From Paraspadella gotoi (taxonomy: Eukaryota > Animalia > Chaetognatha): a stretch of DNA of 64,000 bases. The stretch's first letter is position 1. Each line of letters starts with the position of its first letter. The notes beneath the pieces are model-generated. The model was given only the letters and a program-made list of their open reading frames with translations. It was not told where the DNA came from and searched no databases. Shown here piece after piece: positions 38,386 through 52,954 of the stretch. The translations under genes and the position numbers were made by a program. The DNA is taken from contig CM119265.1 in NCBI GenBank assembly GCA_051294375.1, positions 1,728,280 to 1,792,279 on the forward strand, written 5' to 3'.

Positions 38386-39842
38386 GATAAATTATAGGAG
38401 CTTTAGAAAATCGGAATAGTTTGTCTCCGCGTCGAGAATACAAAAAAAAATTTATTTTTTTAATTAAAAGTTATTATAACTAAACATGCGTTCTTATTCT
38501 GGGTTACGACGACCGTTTTTCCATTTTTGTTGGCCGGGCGTTGGGGGAAGGAGGGAGAAAAAAGTCTTAGGTTTGAGGGATTTTCGAAAGTTTTATTTTG
38601 TGAGATTTTAAACCTAAAAAAATCTGTAGAGAATGAAATTTTTTTTTTTGTGAAACAAAACTTTTTTTGTTAATATTAATGGAATCTTTTTGTTTTTAAT
38701 GGAATCGAAAGGAATTTTTTCATGCAGAACAACAAAAGGAATCCTAATGTATTTTTCAGTTAAGTACGATTCGAACAAAATTGTACGTCGATAATAAATA
38801 ATTAAATCAACAAACGATTTAGACAGAAATTCTTTAAAAAAAAACTTTCAAAAGCGCCATTTTTAAATTGTAAATATATTCGAAACATAAATTGTTTCAA
38901 AAAAAAATCAGGGTTACGCTTACGAACGGTATTACTATTAAAGAGCTAATGAAACATCCCTGTTGATCCGCGGCCAAAGTTCCACGAGGCATGCAATAAA
39001 TATTTTGGTTTAGCTTTGGTTCGCTGCGATTGTGCACAATGAGTTTAGCAAACTCCACGGAAAACTGTGGGGCTCCAATTCCGGACCTTCGTTTCCAAAA
39101 GCGCGAGATTTATTCAAACCAGAGACTTCAACGTTAATCAAATAAAAACATGAAAAGCGAAAGCGAGAGTAATATTTGTTTTGTCGTAGTAACTTGTAGT
39201 AAGAACGATAATTTTGAATAGTATATCGTAATGTAATTATAACTATGAATTCGACATTTCGTGGCCTTGATTATCTCGCGATCAGATTAGAAACGGATCC
39301 AAAATCGGAACGGACTTTTGTTGGGTTTTTTTTTTTTTGTCAAACGAGAATTAAAGTCGCGCATAAAAAGTTCCGCTGTCGTCGCTTCAATCGACGATGA
39401 ATCCGGAGAAGACAAAAGCGATTCGCAAATATTATCAGTATAAAAAACCACTAATTAATATAAACATAAATATCCTTAATCTTCCATAGGATATTCGGCA
39501 ACCCAAAGCGAAGAGAATAAAAAAAAATTCTCCACCAAAAAATTAATTCTAACCCAAAAATCAATCAATGCCAATCAAAATGAGTGAAAAAGATTTAACA
39601 AGCCTTAATTAATGTGACCTAAAATGATTCTGTAAAATTTAAATATGAGTCGAAAATTTGACTCTCAAATCCACAACAGAAATTTGAAAGCGTAAAAAAA
39701 GCAAAGTTTTACTTAAAAAAAAAAATGAAATAAGAAAAAAAAACTGAACCGATATCCTCATACAAAAATAATTTTAAAACCAAAAGAAGGAATCGAAAAA
39801 AATTCAACTTTGTCCTTCTCCCTCTTGTTTTATTTGTCCTTG

Positions 39843-40247
39843 TCAGGCGACGACGCAGGCGTCCTTGTCCTTCTTTTTGGCAGCGGCGCCCCTCGATTCT
39901 TTCCTGCGACGCCGCGGCGGCGACGGCGGCGATTCCGCTCCGGGCGAAGTCGGAGTCGTCGTCGGCGTCGTCGTTCGACTCGACCGCGGCGCCACCGGTT
40001 GGCCGGGAGACGGTGGCGGCTCCGTGTCTCCGCCGCGGCGTCGTTCCTTCGACGTGACTCCGCCGCCGGTTGAAGCGCCGCCGGCAGATTTGGGGCCGCT
40101 TCTACCGCCGCCGCCGCCGGCGCTGCGCTTTCCGCGTTTTCGGTGCGGTCGATAGGCGCCCTTGTCGCCCAATGACGCCAGCGACGGCGCCTTCCGCGGA
40201 TGACGCCGCGATTTCTTTCGTTTGGTTCCAGTTTTCTTCGGATGAGG
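39843..40247 (-). CDS. AGTPBP1: Alternative terminal exon of AGTPBP1 encoding a basic, Pro/Gly-rich tail ending KKKDKDACVVA* (CaaX)
   Basis: Strong acceptor CTCCTTCTCGTTTTCAG at 40248, phase 0; open for 134 codons; in frame with both upstream donors (after 40700 and after 40467). Confidence 0.7.
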   Translation of the reverse strand, partial: PHPKKTGTKRKKSRRHPRKAPSLASLGDKGAYRPHRKRGKRSAGGGGGRSGPKSAGGASTGGGVTSKERRRGGDTEPPPSPGQPVAPRSSRTTTPTTTPTSPGAESPPSPPRRRRKESRGAAAKKKDKDACVVA

Positions 40248-40481
40248 CTGAAAACGAGAAGGAGAGCGCTCGATAAGATAATGGAAAGAAAGAATGAATG
40301 AATAAATGAATGAATGGATGAATGATGGGATGGATGAATGGAAGAAAGGTATTATGGAAGAATTTATGGATTAGTTATAATTATTATTCAATTATTAATA
40401 ACCAATGGTCGAATGAATAAATGAATGAATGAATGAATGAATGAATGAATGAATAAAAGATCGAACCTTAGTGGACTGAAC

Positions 40482-42116
40482 TCAAGGTGTGTAGTATTCA
40501 TAATCGTGAGGGTCTTCGTCGTCGTCGTCGTCGTCGTCTTCGGACTGCGTCGCTTCTTCGTCGCTTTTCGACGGACGAGAGAATCGAGCCGTTTGAAGGT
40601 CGTGAGAGGCGAACGCCTGTTTCGGAGGGTAAAAGGCGGACATTTAACTAACAATTTATATAAGAATTTAACAATTTAATTTACTTTCCCCGTCCCGACC
40701 TGTTCGAGATTGACGGTAAGGGCGTAAGATTTGAATCCCGTCTTCTGGTTGAGTTTGAGCAGCGCCTCCGCGAACTTCTGCCCCATCTCCTCCAGATGGC
40801 GCGTGCTGACGTGGAGGCCACGGTAGGGGCCTTGGTCCAGCCCGCAATACGTGCTCTCCATCGTGTAGCTAATTGAGAGGAATGGGCGAGACAATTAAAA
40901 TACCACGCCTATCCAGACCGCGCGCACTCAAACCACAACCACTCAAGACCACGCCCACTAAAGTCTAAAGTAAAGGCCACGCTCACCTCCTGTTGACGCC
41001 GAACTGGCGCCAAACGACGACGCGCGCTGTAGCCTCTTTGGCCTTCTCCACGACGAAGGCAGAGTTCTGGATGGAGAAGGATGGGGCGATGTGCTGGAGA
41101 ACGCGGGGGAGGATTTTGTAGGAGGAATCCTCGATGCGGTTCGAGTCTAACGAACACCACGACAACGACGGCGAACACCCTGGAAGAGGAAAAAAAATGA
41201 GAGGGAGAAGTCAATATCTACTGATAAATCAATAAATTGATAAACAATTCCTAGGAGCGATAAAGTTTCCAAATAATTCGACACGCACCGTAGAGAAAAA
41301 CGTTTTTCCGGCGGGAATGTCCGTGCATGTCGCAAAAGACGACCGGTGGCTTTTTAAAGGCGTTTAGGAAATGAAGCAAACCTTGGATCAAGAAAAAACC
41401 GTGATGACGTTGACGATAAGTCACGTGATTGACTCTCATTTCCGTAAAAATCGAAGGCCAGCATCACAAGCTTACCTTTCGTGTGATAAATTGGGGCGTG
41501 AAGTTTGGAGCAAGGGGCGGACCAGGTCCGGTTTAAATCTTCCGCTCCTTGAAAATCAAATTAATGAATCGATAATTAAAATTTACTAAAATCAACTAAG
41601 GAAAAAAAAAATCAACAATCGAAAATAAGTAACGGAAATTTTAACGACGTTGGAGTCCCCCCTCCTCCTCCTCCTCCTCCTCCTCCCCTCACCCAATGAA
41701 GTCCGGTGGCAGCCGTTAATAACTCCCTCCGGGTTCAACATGGGAACGATTTTGAAGATGAATTGATCCCTGAGCGATCGGGCCGTCGGGTGGCGGCTTA
41801 GCAAAAACTGTTCGAGAAGGTTCGATTGAAGACATCCGAGCTCAAGATTGGCCCAATATGTGGTACTTTATCCCAACCAGACCTGCAGCGTGCCCTTCAT
41901 GAGCCAACTGGCGTTACTCTCGCCAGGATGTACGCGGGCGGTGAGGAAGACGTGAGGTCGAGAGGCGACGTCGTCGAGCGTCGCCTTGGAGACGCGGGGT
42001 GAGTTCGAGGTCAGGGTAAGGACCTCCACCTTATTCTCGTTCAGGGTACGGCAAAGGGTTTGTCTAAATGGAAAAAAGTCATGGTTATCCACCTAATAAC
42101 AAAAACAAAAAAAGGC

Positions 42117-42165
<49 letters not shown>

Positions 42166-45100
42166 GATAGTAGATGTCGTTCTTGTCGATGGTTGATTCC
42201 CATCGATCGAGCTGCGCGACGAGGGTAGTGTAGGTGAAAGGGTAGTGATAGGCGAGGTAGCAGACGTCGAAGGGATGCTTGAAGGACACGGTGAAGGTCG
42301 TCGTGAAGTAGGTTTTGCCTTTGGCTCCACCTGTCATCGAGGAGAGGGGAATATTTTCATTTCTTAGAAATGCTCCAACCCATTATCTTCCCTCCCGACA
42401 TTATTCTCCTTTCGCTCTATCAACAATTCCTCAACTTCCTTCGGGCCAGATCTTCGAAGTAATCATACATCAATGATAGATGACACATGACACATGATAC
42501 AATGATACGATTGTCTGATCACAGCTCACAACAGTTTTTTTTTTCCGCTGAAAATGGTCATAGAGTCTCCAAAAATGTGTCATTCTGTTCGTTATTAAAA
42601 CGTTCTTTAAGAAAAAAAAACCTTTCAAAGATTTTTTAAATACTTCTCGCCTCTCCAGGGGCGTCAAAGTGGCCACGAGGTCCAAATTTATCGATTTTTG
42701 ATAATTTTCTTTATTTTCTTGTTATAGAGATAGGCTAATTTTAAATAATTTTTCCATAATATTGTGTATGATTTATTAGTTATTCAATAACAGAAAATCT
42801 TTATAGAGATTTGTAATTTGCATTGATTATCAACGTATCAGGGTTAAACCGGAAAAAATGGCAACAGACCGGAAATGACTCAACTCGAAAAATCATGTTA
42901 TTTTTGCATAAAAATTTCAATTTAGGAATTTTTCCGAAAAAAAAAATATATGAAAGCTAGAAAATATTTAAATTTTATAAGTCATTGCAAAAGATGAGAA
43001 AACGATAGATACGCGGGACGAAAATGCAGAATTAGTTTCAATTTACTTCAATTTGTAAAATTCGGAGCGCGTGACTGGAATCAAGTATGAATTTGTAGCC
43101 GGACTACGCGTTGAAATGAGGAAGAACAGGCTTGTCAAGGAAAAAGATTTGATGAGAAAAACAGTGTGAGACTGGATTTAATTTTAAAAACATCTTAAAT
43201 TTAAACGTATTGTAAATATTTTTTTAAAAAGTTTTTTTATAATAAATATCAATCTTTTTGAATTAGCGGGAAGAAAACCTTGCAAATACCACATATGTCA
43301 TAAAAGATCCGAGATTTAATCACTACAATCTAACGATGCTGATATTATGTGCCGAACACTAAACATATGGAAATGCCAGAAACTATTACAGTTACATTAA
43401 AGCAGCAAGAGGTGAATATGGTCAGCCATCAGCACTGCTGATCGGGCATGTCTATCAACCGGACAACCTTTTTCTCCTTTTACGAGATTATTGTTGTCAC
43501 AGTAAAGTTGTCATGAAAGAGGTTTTTCTTTTGCTTTCACTTATTGCTGAGATCGCTAAAGAAGTTTCATATGACCAAGTTAAATCTTACAAAGGTAAAA
43601 TTTAAAAACAAGTTTTATTGATCGTAATAATATCTCATCTCAGGAAACCTTTAACTTCTGAAAATTTTTATTGAAATGACCTGTAGGAACATAAACTCCC
43701 TATGTAGTTCGTCGCTTTAAATTTACTTTTGTAAAAGTGTTTAAAATATAAACAATCAATATTTGTTTAAGCGCGTTCTTGCTTTATATCCTGAATATGC
43801 TTATTTCTCGTGTGTTTTAGCTCTGAGCCCGCAGCAAAAAGTTTATGTCACCATTATGTCATTTTACAATGTACATCATGGCGAGATGCGTCTCTCCCTC
43901 TAAAAAAATAAACGCAATGCAATGAAAGACGCAATGGTGGCGGCTCTTAAAATGGCAATATTTGTTTTGAATGGGGAAAACAGGCAATGCCTTGTATGTA
44001 CGATGATAGTCATCTGAAGAATTTATAACCGAATAGTCTTGCTTGTTTTTTCAGTTCCAATATTTGTTTTAACAATTTGGTAAAATGAATTAATATAAGG
44101 AAACATAAAAATTCTTCCATGCTTACAGCAGATTTGAGCCGTCGATGAATGGAAAGAAGCAATTCAAATTTCCAAGCTTTCGTCACTTTTTAAACAGATT
44201 TTCTCTGCTCAATGAAGCCACTGAGCGTTAGGTCAAGTTTGCAAGTGCATGACTTTGCAAATTCCCATATAATCTTGGCAAACTTCATTCAGGTATTTTT
44301 GCAAGGCAATTGATATGAATCAACGCGAGCCGATCCCAAAGTAATAGTTTTAAACTTGAAAACGGTTACGGCCATTTTGGTCACATGATTCTCATCTAAT
44401 ATCCTCATATACTGATTTTTTTGCCATAAAACTTTTGTTACGAAATACATTATTTTTACTTTTTAAAACTTGGTCTTTGCATTTTTCTTGTAGCAATTAA
44501 AATTATTTGAATCTGTGATCTAAATTTTTCATTTTTAGGAAAAATTTCAAAGTAATAATTTAACTTCCGGTTTTATTATATTATTAAAAATTCTTAATAA
44601 CGGTTTGAGGTTGTTTAAATTACGATTAAATATTTTGGGTAACATTTAGTTAACAGGTAATACAAATTTTATCCTTATTTTTATAATTATCTAAAAAATT
44701 GTTTTGAAAGACCTCAAAAAATTGCTGAAAATCAATTATTTTGACGCCCGTGGCACTTTAACGCTCGGGAAGGCGAGATATTTAAAAAAAATGCATTATA
44801 AATGCTTTCATTGTGTATAGCGTCGGTAGAGAATACGAAAAGAATTGGACACTCATTTTTGTTGCATAACTCGTATGAAACAACCTTTTTCAGCGGAAAA
44901 AAATGTGTCTAATCATCATCATCATCATCATCATCTCCCCCTACCCGTTGTCTGAGGCGATCGGGCGAAATGGTTCCTGTAGTAGCAGACGTCGGTGCCG
45001 ACCCTCGTCCAACGAGAATTCCCGTGCATCGCGTCGAAAACGGAGAAGCAAACGGGCTGCGACGGTGAGAACGATAAAAATCTCATTTGCATGTCCGAAC

Positions 45101-48100
45101 TGCCATATAATCGAGCGACGCACCTGCATGCCAAAGTTGAACTGGCTATTTTGCTTCTCGCAGTTGATGATGTTGAACCTATAGGGAACAGCGGGCTCCA
45201 TGTTGGAGACCTGAAAATAGAACCACTGGTGGTGGTGGTTCGTATTCACGTCAGGGTTGAGGATGAGGTCGTACTCGTACTCGCGAGCTTGGATGGCCTG
45301 AAAGGGGAGGGAAGAAGGGACGAAAAAAAAAAGAGATAAATTCATCAATCGACAAAGGATGGATTCATTTCCACCTCGATTCAGCCCAAGCGCACCTTCC
45401 TGAGATTGCCCGCCTCGAACTGCGCGTTGAAGAGGAGATGATCGGCGAATTCCCTGACTCCGACGCGAGACTCGTCGTCGTTGGTCAACTCGTTGTTGTC
45501 CCCGCAATAGAGCGGACCTTTGGTGGCGATGACCGCGTCCTGATCATACACCACTCTGCGATAAAAGTGATTTTCTTAATCAAATGGAAAAAGAGAGTTG
45601 ACTTCCCGACGCCCCGCAATCCGCATGGCCTCGCGACGAACCTGTTGATGACGTCCTCGGGGTGAATGAGTCGGTCGATGTCTTCGAATATCTTGGCCCG
45701 TTGGACGCCGACTTTCCGGTCATAAAGCGGTTCCTTTGTTTGGAAAAAAAAGAGTGGAGTCGCGTAATTTGTGGTTAAAAGAAAAAATATTTTGACAAAG
45801 TATCCATAGATAAAAAACTACAACGTATAAGAAAACCTAATCAGAAGATAATACAGATTTAAAAATCATCACATTTGAAATGAAAAAAATGATCGGGTCA
45901 ACCCGACTGGTTAAGCACCTGAAAAGTTGGCGGTTTGTGGCCATAGAGATCGGGGTAGGCGACTTTGTTGAACCAACCGACCGAGTTGGTGCGTTTAGCT
46001 GCGGCCGTGACCAGACCCGGGTCGGGTAGCCCGAGTTCCGCGTCCTGATGAAGGAGTCCAGTTGAGGAATTAAAAACAGTTGAAAAAACAAATAAAAATT
46101 TTACATTTAATTATGAATAGCCCTTGTCATTTTCAAATTTTAATATTTAACTTGATTCCCAGACTCACCAGGTCAATGTAGCTGCCGTGAGAAAGGCCGC
46201 AATATGAACCTAAAACGCGAAAACATATTATTCGTGGAGTCCGTTTGTCCTTCTGTCAATCTCAATCACACGCTTTGTTCACCTGGTCTGAGACGCGAGG
46301 AGCGTTTGTGCGGCTGTTTGGCCGAATCCACGGCTGAGCGATACAATTCCCTAAGGGTCGTCTTCGCCCCCTGGGGGAGACTAGATTGGCGGGGAAGGAA
46401 CCGTTCGGGTGATGCCTGGAGAGTGGGTGAGTTGAGGACAAGGAACTCAATTTAAAATAATATAAAAGTAAATTTATTAATAATTATTCCACTTATTCCC
46501 TCTTACGCTCTCTACGGCCCTTATCAACCCCTCGTTTCACCTCGCTTTCGTCCTCGCCGCTGCCGCCGCGGTCCGACGATGCGGACGATACGCGGCGTCT
46601 GCTACGCGCGGGTTCATAGTCGAAGTCGCTGTCGTCGCGACGCAATTCCGCCGCGCGATGCAGCTCCGACCCGCGATTTCCCACGCTGCCGCCCTGAGTT
46701 GAATTGTAACAGCGTTAGAGTCTCATTGTTCCGAGGGGTGACCAAGTTACTATAAATTGCGCTACCTGTATCATCAGCTTGCCGAGAGGATTCCCGGCTT
46801 CCGAGGAAGGAACATCTCTGCGTCCGAGACGTAAAGGAGCCGGAGGGGAGGATAGGTGATACTAGAGCGGAGGATCAAATCCGTCAGGCTGTCAGTCTCA
46901 CTCGAACGTTCTCTCTCTGATGCGCTCACTCATTTACCTGTAGAGATCCGGACGGCGGGGGTAAATCCATCAAAGGGCGTGAAGAAACGGATTTGATCTG
47001 CACCGTCTGCCCGACGCCTTGCGGGACGATGCCCGGCACCAAGCCTTGCCCGACGCCAACCACGGACGCTTGGGTCGAGGCTGGACCTGTCAGAGCGGGC
47101 CGAGCCGGTCGTCCGTTGGTCTTGAGAGGACCCAGGGTAGGTGGGGCGACCAAAGCCTGCGGGGAGTCAAGGCGTAAAAACGGTTTAACTTTCTGTACAG
47201 TGTAAAGGATAAACTGAAGCCATTCCTCACTACTTTCTTAAAAATAACATGCTTCAGTTATATTTCAAAATATTGTTGGAGATAACAATTATAATATAAA
47301 GCTTGAGATTTTATACGAACTCAAATCTTTCACGTTTAAAAAGACGAAGAAATAGAAAAATCTTTTAGAGTTTTTTTCAACTGAAAACTGAAAAAAAAAT
47401 AATCAGAAATAAATTTTAAAAGAGAAAAAAAAATATCTAACGAAACTGATGCAATCATTTTTTCGATAATTTCTCTTGCCCAATTTGCTTTTAATGATTT
47501 ATTACCATATATATAGGGGAAAAGAGTACTTAAAGCCTTAAGATACAACAAGCTATTGGCCAAAGAAATGATCAACCCCCTAGAAGTTTCTTGGTAATTT
47601 TAGCAGCAGTTTCAACGCGATGGGAGAGGACGAACCGGAAGCGGCCGACGCCGCAAAGAAAGAAGGTCCATTGCCGGCGACTATATCGGTGGCAACGCTG
47701 CCTCGCTCCTCCATCTGGGACGCAAACGTCAACGCCACCCGCAGTTGCGGCCCAAAAAGATGCGATTGCAACTGGTTTTTCGTCTGCTCCACCTTTCTGC
47801 TCTGCGTTGCTATGGTCGGTTTTTTAACCAGATTTTTTGAGAGCCTCTATAGCGTATTGAGATGTTTGTGGGAGGCTACCCTTACTCCTATTGGAAATCT
47901 TAAAATATGACACTCGTTTAAATGAGACAACAATCATCTTCTTGAAGATAATGACTAATATTTGACAAAAATACAACACGTGCGATGTTTATTTCTTTAA
48001 CCAAACCTAAATACTTGTTCTCCTTTTCTTTTGATATAAGATTTACATTGAAGTTTCCAATCGATTCTCTTTTTGCAAATTGAATGATGTCCCTCGAACT

Positions 48101-51100
48101 TTTCAACACATAAGAGCTTGAGCATCGTGGCCGCCATCTTCATTGACCAACTCTGGTGCCACAACCGAGGAAAAAAAGTTTGCCCAACACATCCGGGCGT
48201 CAGGGTGATCCAATTAATAATCAATTATATGCATATCATTATCGACATTTTTACATAAATGTAGATTAATGTCCAACACCCAGGAGATGCTTTTTCCCGC
48301 TGCGGATAATGTCAAGGTGAAGGAACTTGTGAAAATCGCGACGGATCTCAACGACCTCAGAGAGTTGAACCCCCAAATCAATAAGAAAAATCTCATTGTG
48401 CGAGGAGGGAAAGAGGAAGTCTGCCTCACCTTCGAGAAATTCCCAGGCCTTTACAACAAAAACGCCCAACCGGAGGGAAACTTCGAGGTAAATACAACAC
48501 GGGAAGCGTTGACCATCACACGCTGGTGATGAACGATGAGCAACGAAAAAATTTTGACCCTTGGGTTCCATATCTCGGCAGTTAACAAGAACGAATTAAG
48601 TAACAGTCTGGGATTAAAAAGTCAGCGAGCGATCATGGAGCCGGATCTTTGTCCTCTCTAACTTCAGAGTACAACTATCTATTACCACGTCTTCTTCGCG
48701 CAAATCATGTTCTCGTCTTCGGCGGTGCTAGCCTTCTTCACCATCGTCTTCTCCACCTCCGAGCACCACATGATCAAGAGGGGCGGCGACGACTTCGAGA
48801 ACCTCTATAAGTGCCAGTTGATCACGGATCTCCTATGCGGCATTCTCACCGCCATCGGGGTCGGCCTGCTGCTCGGCGGCGTCGGCAGCATCAACGCCAA
48901 CGTAAAAGGGGCGCGGGGGAGGAAGAGCGAAGGGAAGTTTATCATTAAAATCCTCCTCAAATTTTGTTCTCCTAGTTCATGGACAAGATCTTGACCGACG
49001 TTTGCAAATACAACTTGAGCGGGGGAATGACCATGGTCGTGTTGCCGGCGGCCATCGCCGGCGTCTTCTTCATCATCGCGGCGCCGCTTGGGTTTTTGAT
49101 GCATAGAGATTGAAAAGAAAGACCCGGTTTTGAAAGATTCGTGGATGAAAATACAAGAAACAGCTCGTCATTGTTTTTTTTTTGTTTTACTGTTTATATT
49201 TTGATTTTTAGAAACAATTAAAACGGAAAAAAGTTTTGTTTGATGTTTTTACAAACTAAAAAAAAATTAAGGAAAAGAATAGAAAAGAAAAACAATAAAT
49301 AGGAGAGAATCTCGATTATAAAAAAATTCAACATTTTTCTAATCCGCTCAAATCTGACTACTATGGCAACAGCCGGGTTGCCTGTGATGCCCATTGGGAT
49401 GGGGCATCTCACTGTTGGCTTTGGGGGCTTCCGACCCTCAGTGACGCCTCCAGTCACTGGCGCGGTTACCCTAGGACGGTCTCGCTTTGCCAACGCAGAG
49501 GGAAGTCGTTAGGATGGAACACTACGCCACCGTAACTTTCTCATTACGTCACTTTTGAGGTGAACATGTGACTACACAAGTTATTTATATGCAGTAAGCG
49601 TCACATCGCAGAGGAATCAAGACTCCAGAATCGCAATCGGATCAAAAAGATTGAATTTCTCAATCTCATTTTCATATTGCGGTATACACATCATACATTA
49701 ACATCAATAGCGATTATTATTTTAACATCAAGTATTTAAAATGATTTTAAGCCGAAAAACACAATTAATAATATAATAATAATATTAATATTAATAACAT
49801 ATTAAAAATACTAAACCGTAAGCTATGATTACATTGATAGGGAAGCCAGGTACTCTGGGAGTGAATTAACGGGACAGTGAGAGAGTCTTGATTGAAAGCT
49901 TGCAGGGACCTGCTATGTCATTATCTTGTAAGAGTGATGGAGGCCTTAAACCACCAAAGCCTGTCCAAAGTCAGGGGCAAGATAGCTTATTTATTAAATG
50001 AATGGATAATTATTATATTGGTTGTACCAATTTCATACATGTAAATGATTAGAAATTTTGTTTCTTAATTCATTTGTATTGTTTGTAATTTATCTATTTT
50101 TTCAAAAATAATTTTAATATATTAAACTTTTCAAGGTATACGTCTTATAGGAATATTTATTGCTTCAAAAAATTTAAAAATAATATGTACGTATGTAAAA
50201 TAGTATTATTGAACAAGGAACGGTTATTCCAAGGTGTTGCGCCTCATTACTTTTCTTTTTACTTATCATTAAAAACAAAAGAGGGCGTCAGTAGTTGCTT
50301 AGATTTGATTATTAACAAATGAGCAACAATATATAAACGTTTTTAACGTAAGTTGGACAGACCGATGGACAGACATACCGACCGACCGACCGAAAAGTGA
50401 CTTACAGAGTTGCTCCGCGAGTACTCGCGGCGCAACTAAAAACAAGACCCGGAAAGTTCAAGGTGTAGAGTGAGAGTGACTTTTTTATGTAGACCGAGTT
50501 TCAGATGATCACGTGTAACACGAAATAAGCCTCATTGATCGAAGACCGAAAAAGAAAAAGAAAAAAATGTAGAAAGAAAATAAGAAAAAAAAATTTCACC
50601 TGAGGACGAGTGGAAGAAGTCGCCTCGCCGGCGGCCGCAGCAGAGCCAGCGCAGGAGGCAGCGACGGAGGCAGCATCCACGGCTCCGCTCTCCAGTCTCG
50701 CGCCACCGGGATCGTAGGGAGCGTTGTTTGGCGGCGGCGAGGCGGCATTAATGGCGAGGGGCCAAGATTGCGACTTAGAAATGGGGCTGGTGGAGGGAAG
50801 GGCGAAGGGCACTCGAAGCGGCGTCAATTCTGCCGTCAGCGGCGTCGGTGGAACTGAGGAAAGGCGATGGAGACCCGCGGGCCCGTCGAGGTAGAGAGGA
50901 GTGGTTTGAGCGCCGCGGGGCGTTGCGGCGTCATGCGCGGGAGTGACAGCGTCATCGTCGTCGTTATCGTCATCGATGCTGTCGTAAGATTTCAATCGAT
51001 GCTGGGAACTTAAAGAAGGAAGTTTCGGCGCTCCGTTTTCGTTGAATCTGCCTGGACGACGGTCGGACGTCGACGGCAGCGAGGGACCGCCGCCGCCGCC

Positions 51101-52892
51101 GCCGCTGCAGTCCATCAGCTTCAAGCTGCCGAGAGAATCTGAAATGCCGAAAGTCGAGGCGCAACAACTAAAAGGAAAATGAAAGCGGGAAAGCGTTAAT
51201 ATTGGCTTATTCTTTTGCGCAATAAAATCGGTGGGTTCACCTGTCGGAGACGCTGAGAAGAGTGTTGCTCGAAGAATCGACGAGAGTGCTTTGCGTCGAA
51301 TCGAGATAAGCACCCGATTCGTCGCTGCCAACTGATTAAATAAAAATATTTTTTCAATTCAATAATTAATTATTCATTTAACAGTTTCAAAAATTCGGTT
51401 ATTTCGTATCCTGACCGGCGCCTTTGATCGACGCGGCGTCGGCAACGCCCGAATCTGGGCGGCGCGGCGCGGAATCAGCGCCGCTCGATTCGTCCGAATC
51501 CATAGACGCCAGTTCCTGCAGGGAAAGGAAGAAACGGAGAAAAGGAAAAAGCGTGAGAGAGAAGGGTAAAGAGAAGAGCAAAGTTGAGAAGGGCAAAGAA
51601 GGGCAAAGTTGCGAGAGAAAGTCTTCGCAACTAAAGACTCAAGCGAACCTTCAAGTATCTCTGTCCGAACTCGTATAATTCGGGAAAGAATTCGGCGTAA
51701 GACTCGCGGAGTTCGTCGGCCGAACGCGGAGCCTCGCGGACGAAGCGAAGAACGTCGTCGTCGTCGCGTTCGAGGGAGTCTTGGGAGAAGAGGCCTGGGG
51801 GGGGGGAGGAAGAGGAAGAGGAAAGGTAAGTAGAGCTCCTCCTCCTAATAATTCCTTATTCCTTCTCACCGCTCTTTCTCCTCTGCGCCGCCAACTCGGA
51901 CAACGACTGCCGATGCGCCGCCGCCGACGACGACGACGAAGACGATGGTTTCCCGCTCTTTTTGCCGCTGCCTTTGGAGGAAGGAGCGGCGGCCGCGGCG
52001 GCGCGTTTTCCGCCCGCAGCGGCGGCGCGGCGCCCGGGAACGGCGCCGCCAACGCGTTTTCCGCCGGCGACGTCGCTGCTCGAACCGTCGTCGTCTTCGT
52101 CGTCGTCATCGTCGTCGTCGGAGGCAGAGTCGTTGTCTTCCTGAGAATCGCTGCCTCCGCCGTGGGAGAGACGTCTTGGACAAAAACGTGGGGAGAAAGT
52201 ACAATTTTATAAGCTTATAACTTTTATGCCGTTTAACTTTTATCTGCTACATTTTACACTATCAATATCATACAAACATTTCTTAAAATTTTCACGCATT
52301 TTAGGCAATGACTAACGTCAGCAAGGCGGAATTCGAAATATAAATCTGAAAAAACTTTTCCCGAAATAAACGAGCATAAATGGAAGGGGGAATCTCTGTC
52401 TCACCTGTAGTCGCTGTCGGGAAGAGAGAAAGTCAAGGGACTCGCGACGCTGGGAACCGGGAGGCGACTGCGGGGGAGGCACTTGCGCATGATTACGCTG
52501 AAGAGAAGGAGGAGGAGGAGGAGGAGGATAAATAGGTGAAATTCTCTCTCTAACTCTCTCTCTCTCTCTCACACTAACCTGGCGGTGTTGACAGCGCCCT
52601 CCAACTCTCTAGAGTCGAGAGTCTCGATGCAGACGCAGTATAGAACACGAATCCCGTCCGCCTCGACGAATGATTTGCGGCCTAAAGAGAGAATTTTGAA
52701 AAAAAAAAGATGTTTTTGTCGGGAGATTCCAAGACGTTGACTTACCCGATTTGAGATTGGCGATCTGCTTGAGCGCACCCAGGATGGACTTGCGGATGTT
52801 GACGTGACGATTGGAGGAATCGAAGCGATGCCAATCACTGTAGAGGCCGATGAGGAGTGCGACGCCGCCTGAGGGAGAAAAGAGTCCATCAA

Positions 52893-52954
<62 letters not shown>

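Noticed and set aside
40482-40484. Selenocysteine at the AGTPBP1 in-frame TGA
   Set aside because: Lies in a low-complexity tail and no SECIS was recognised downstream; exon skipping or ordinary readthrough is simpler.
48269-48994. Viral or foreign ORFs in the AGTPBP1 intron
   Set aside because: They splice together into the claudin-like gene.
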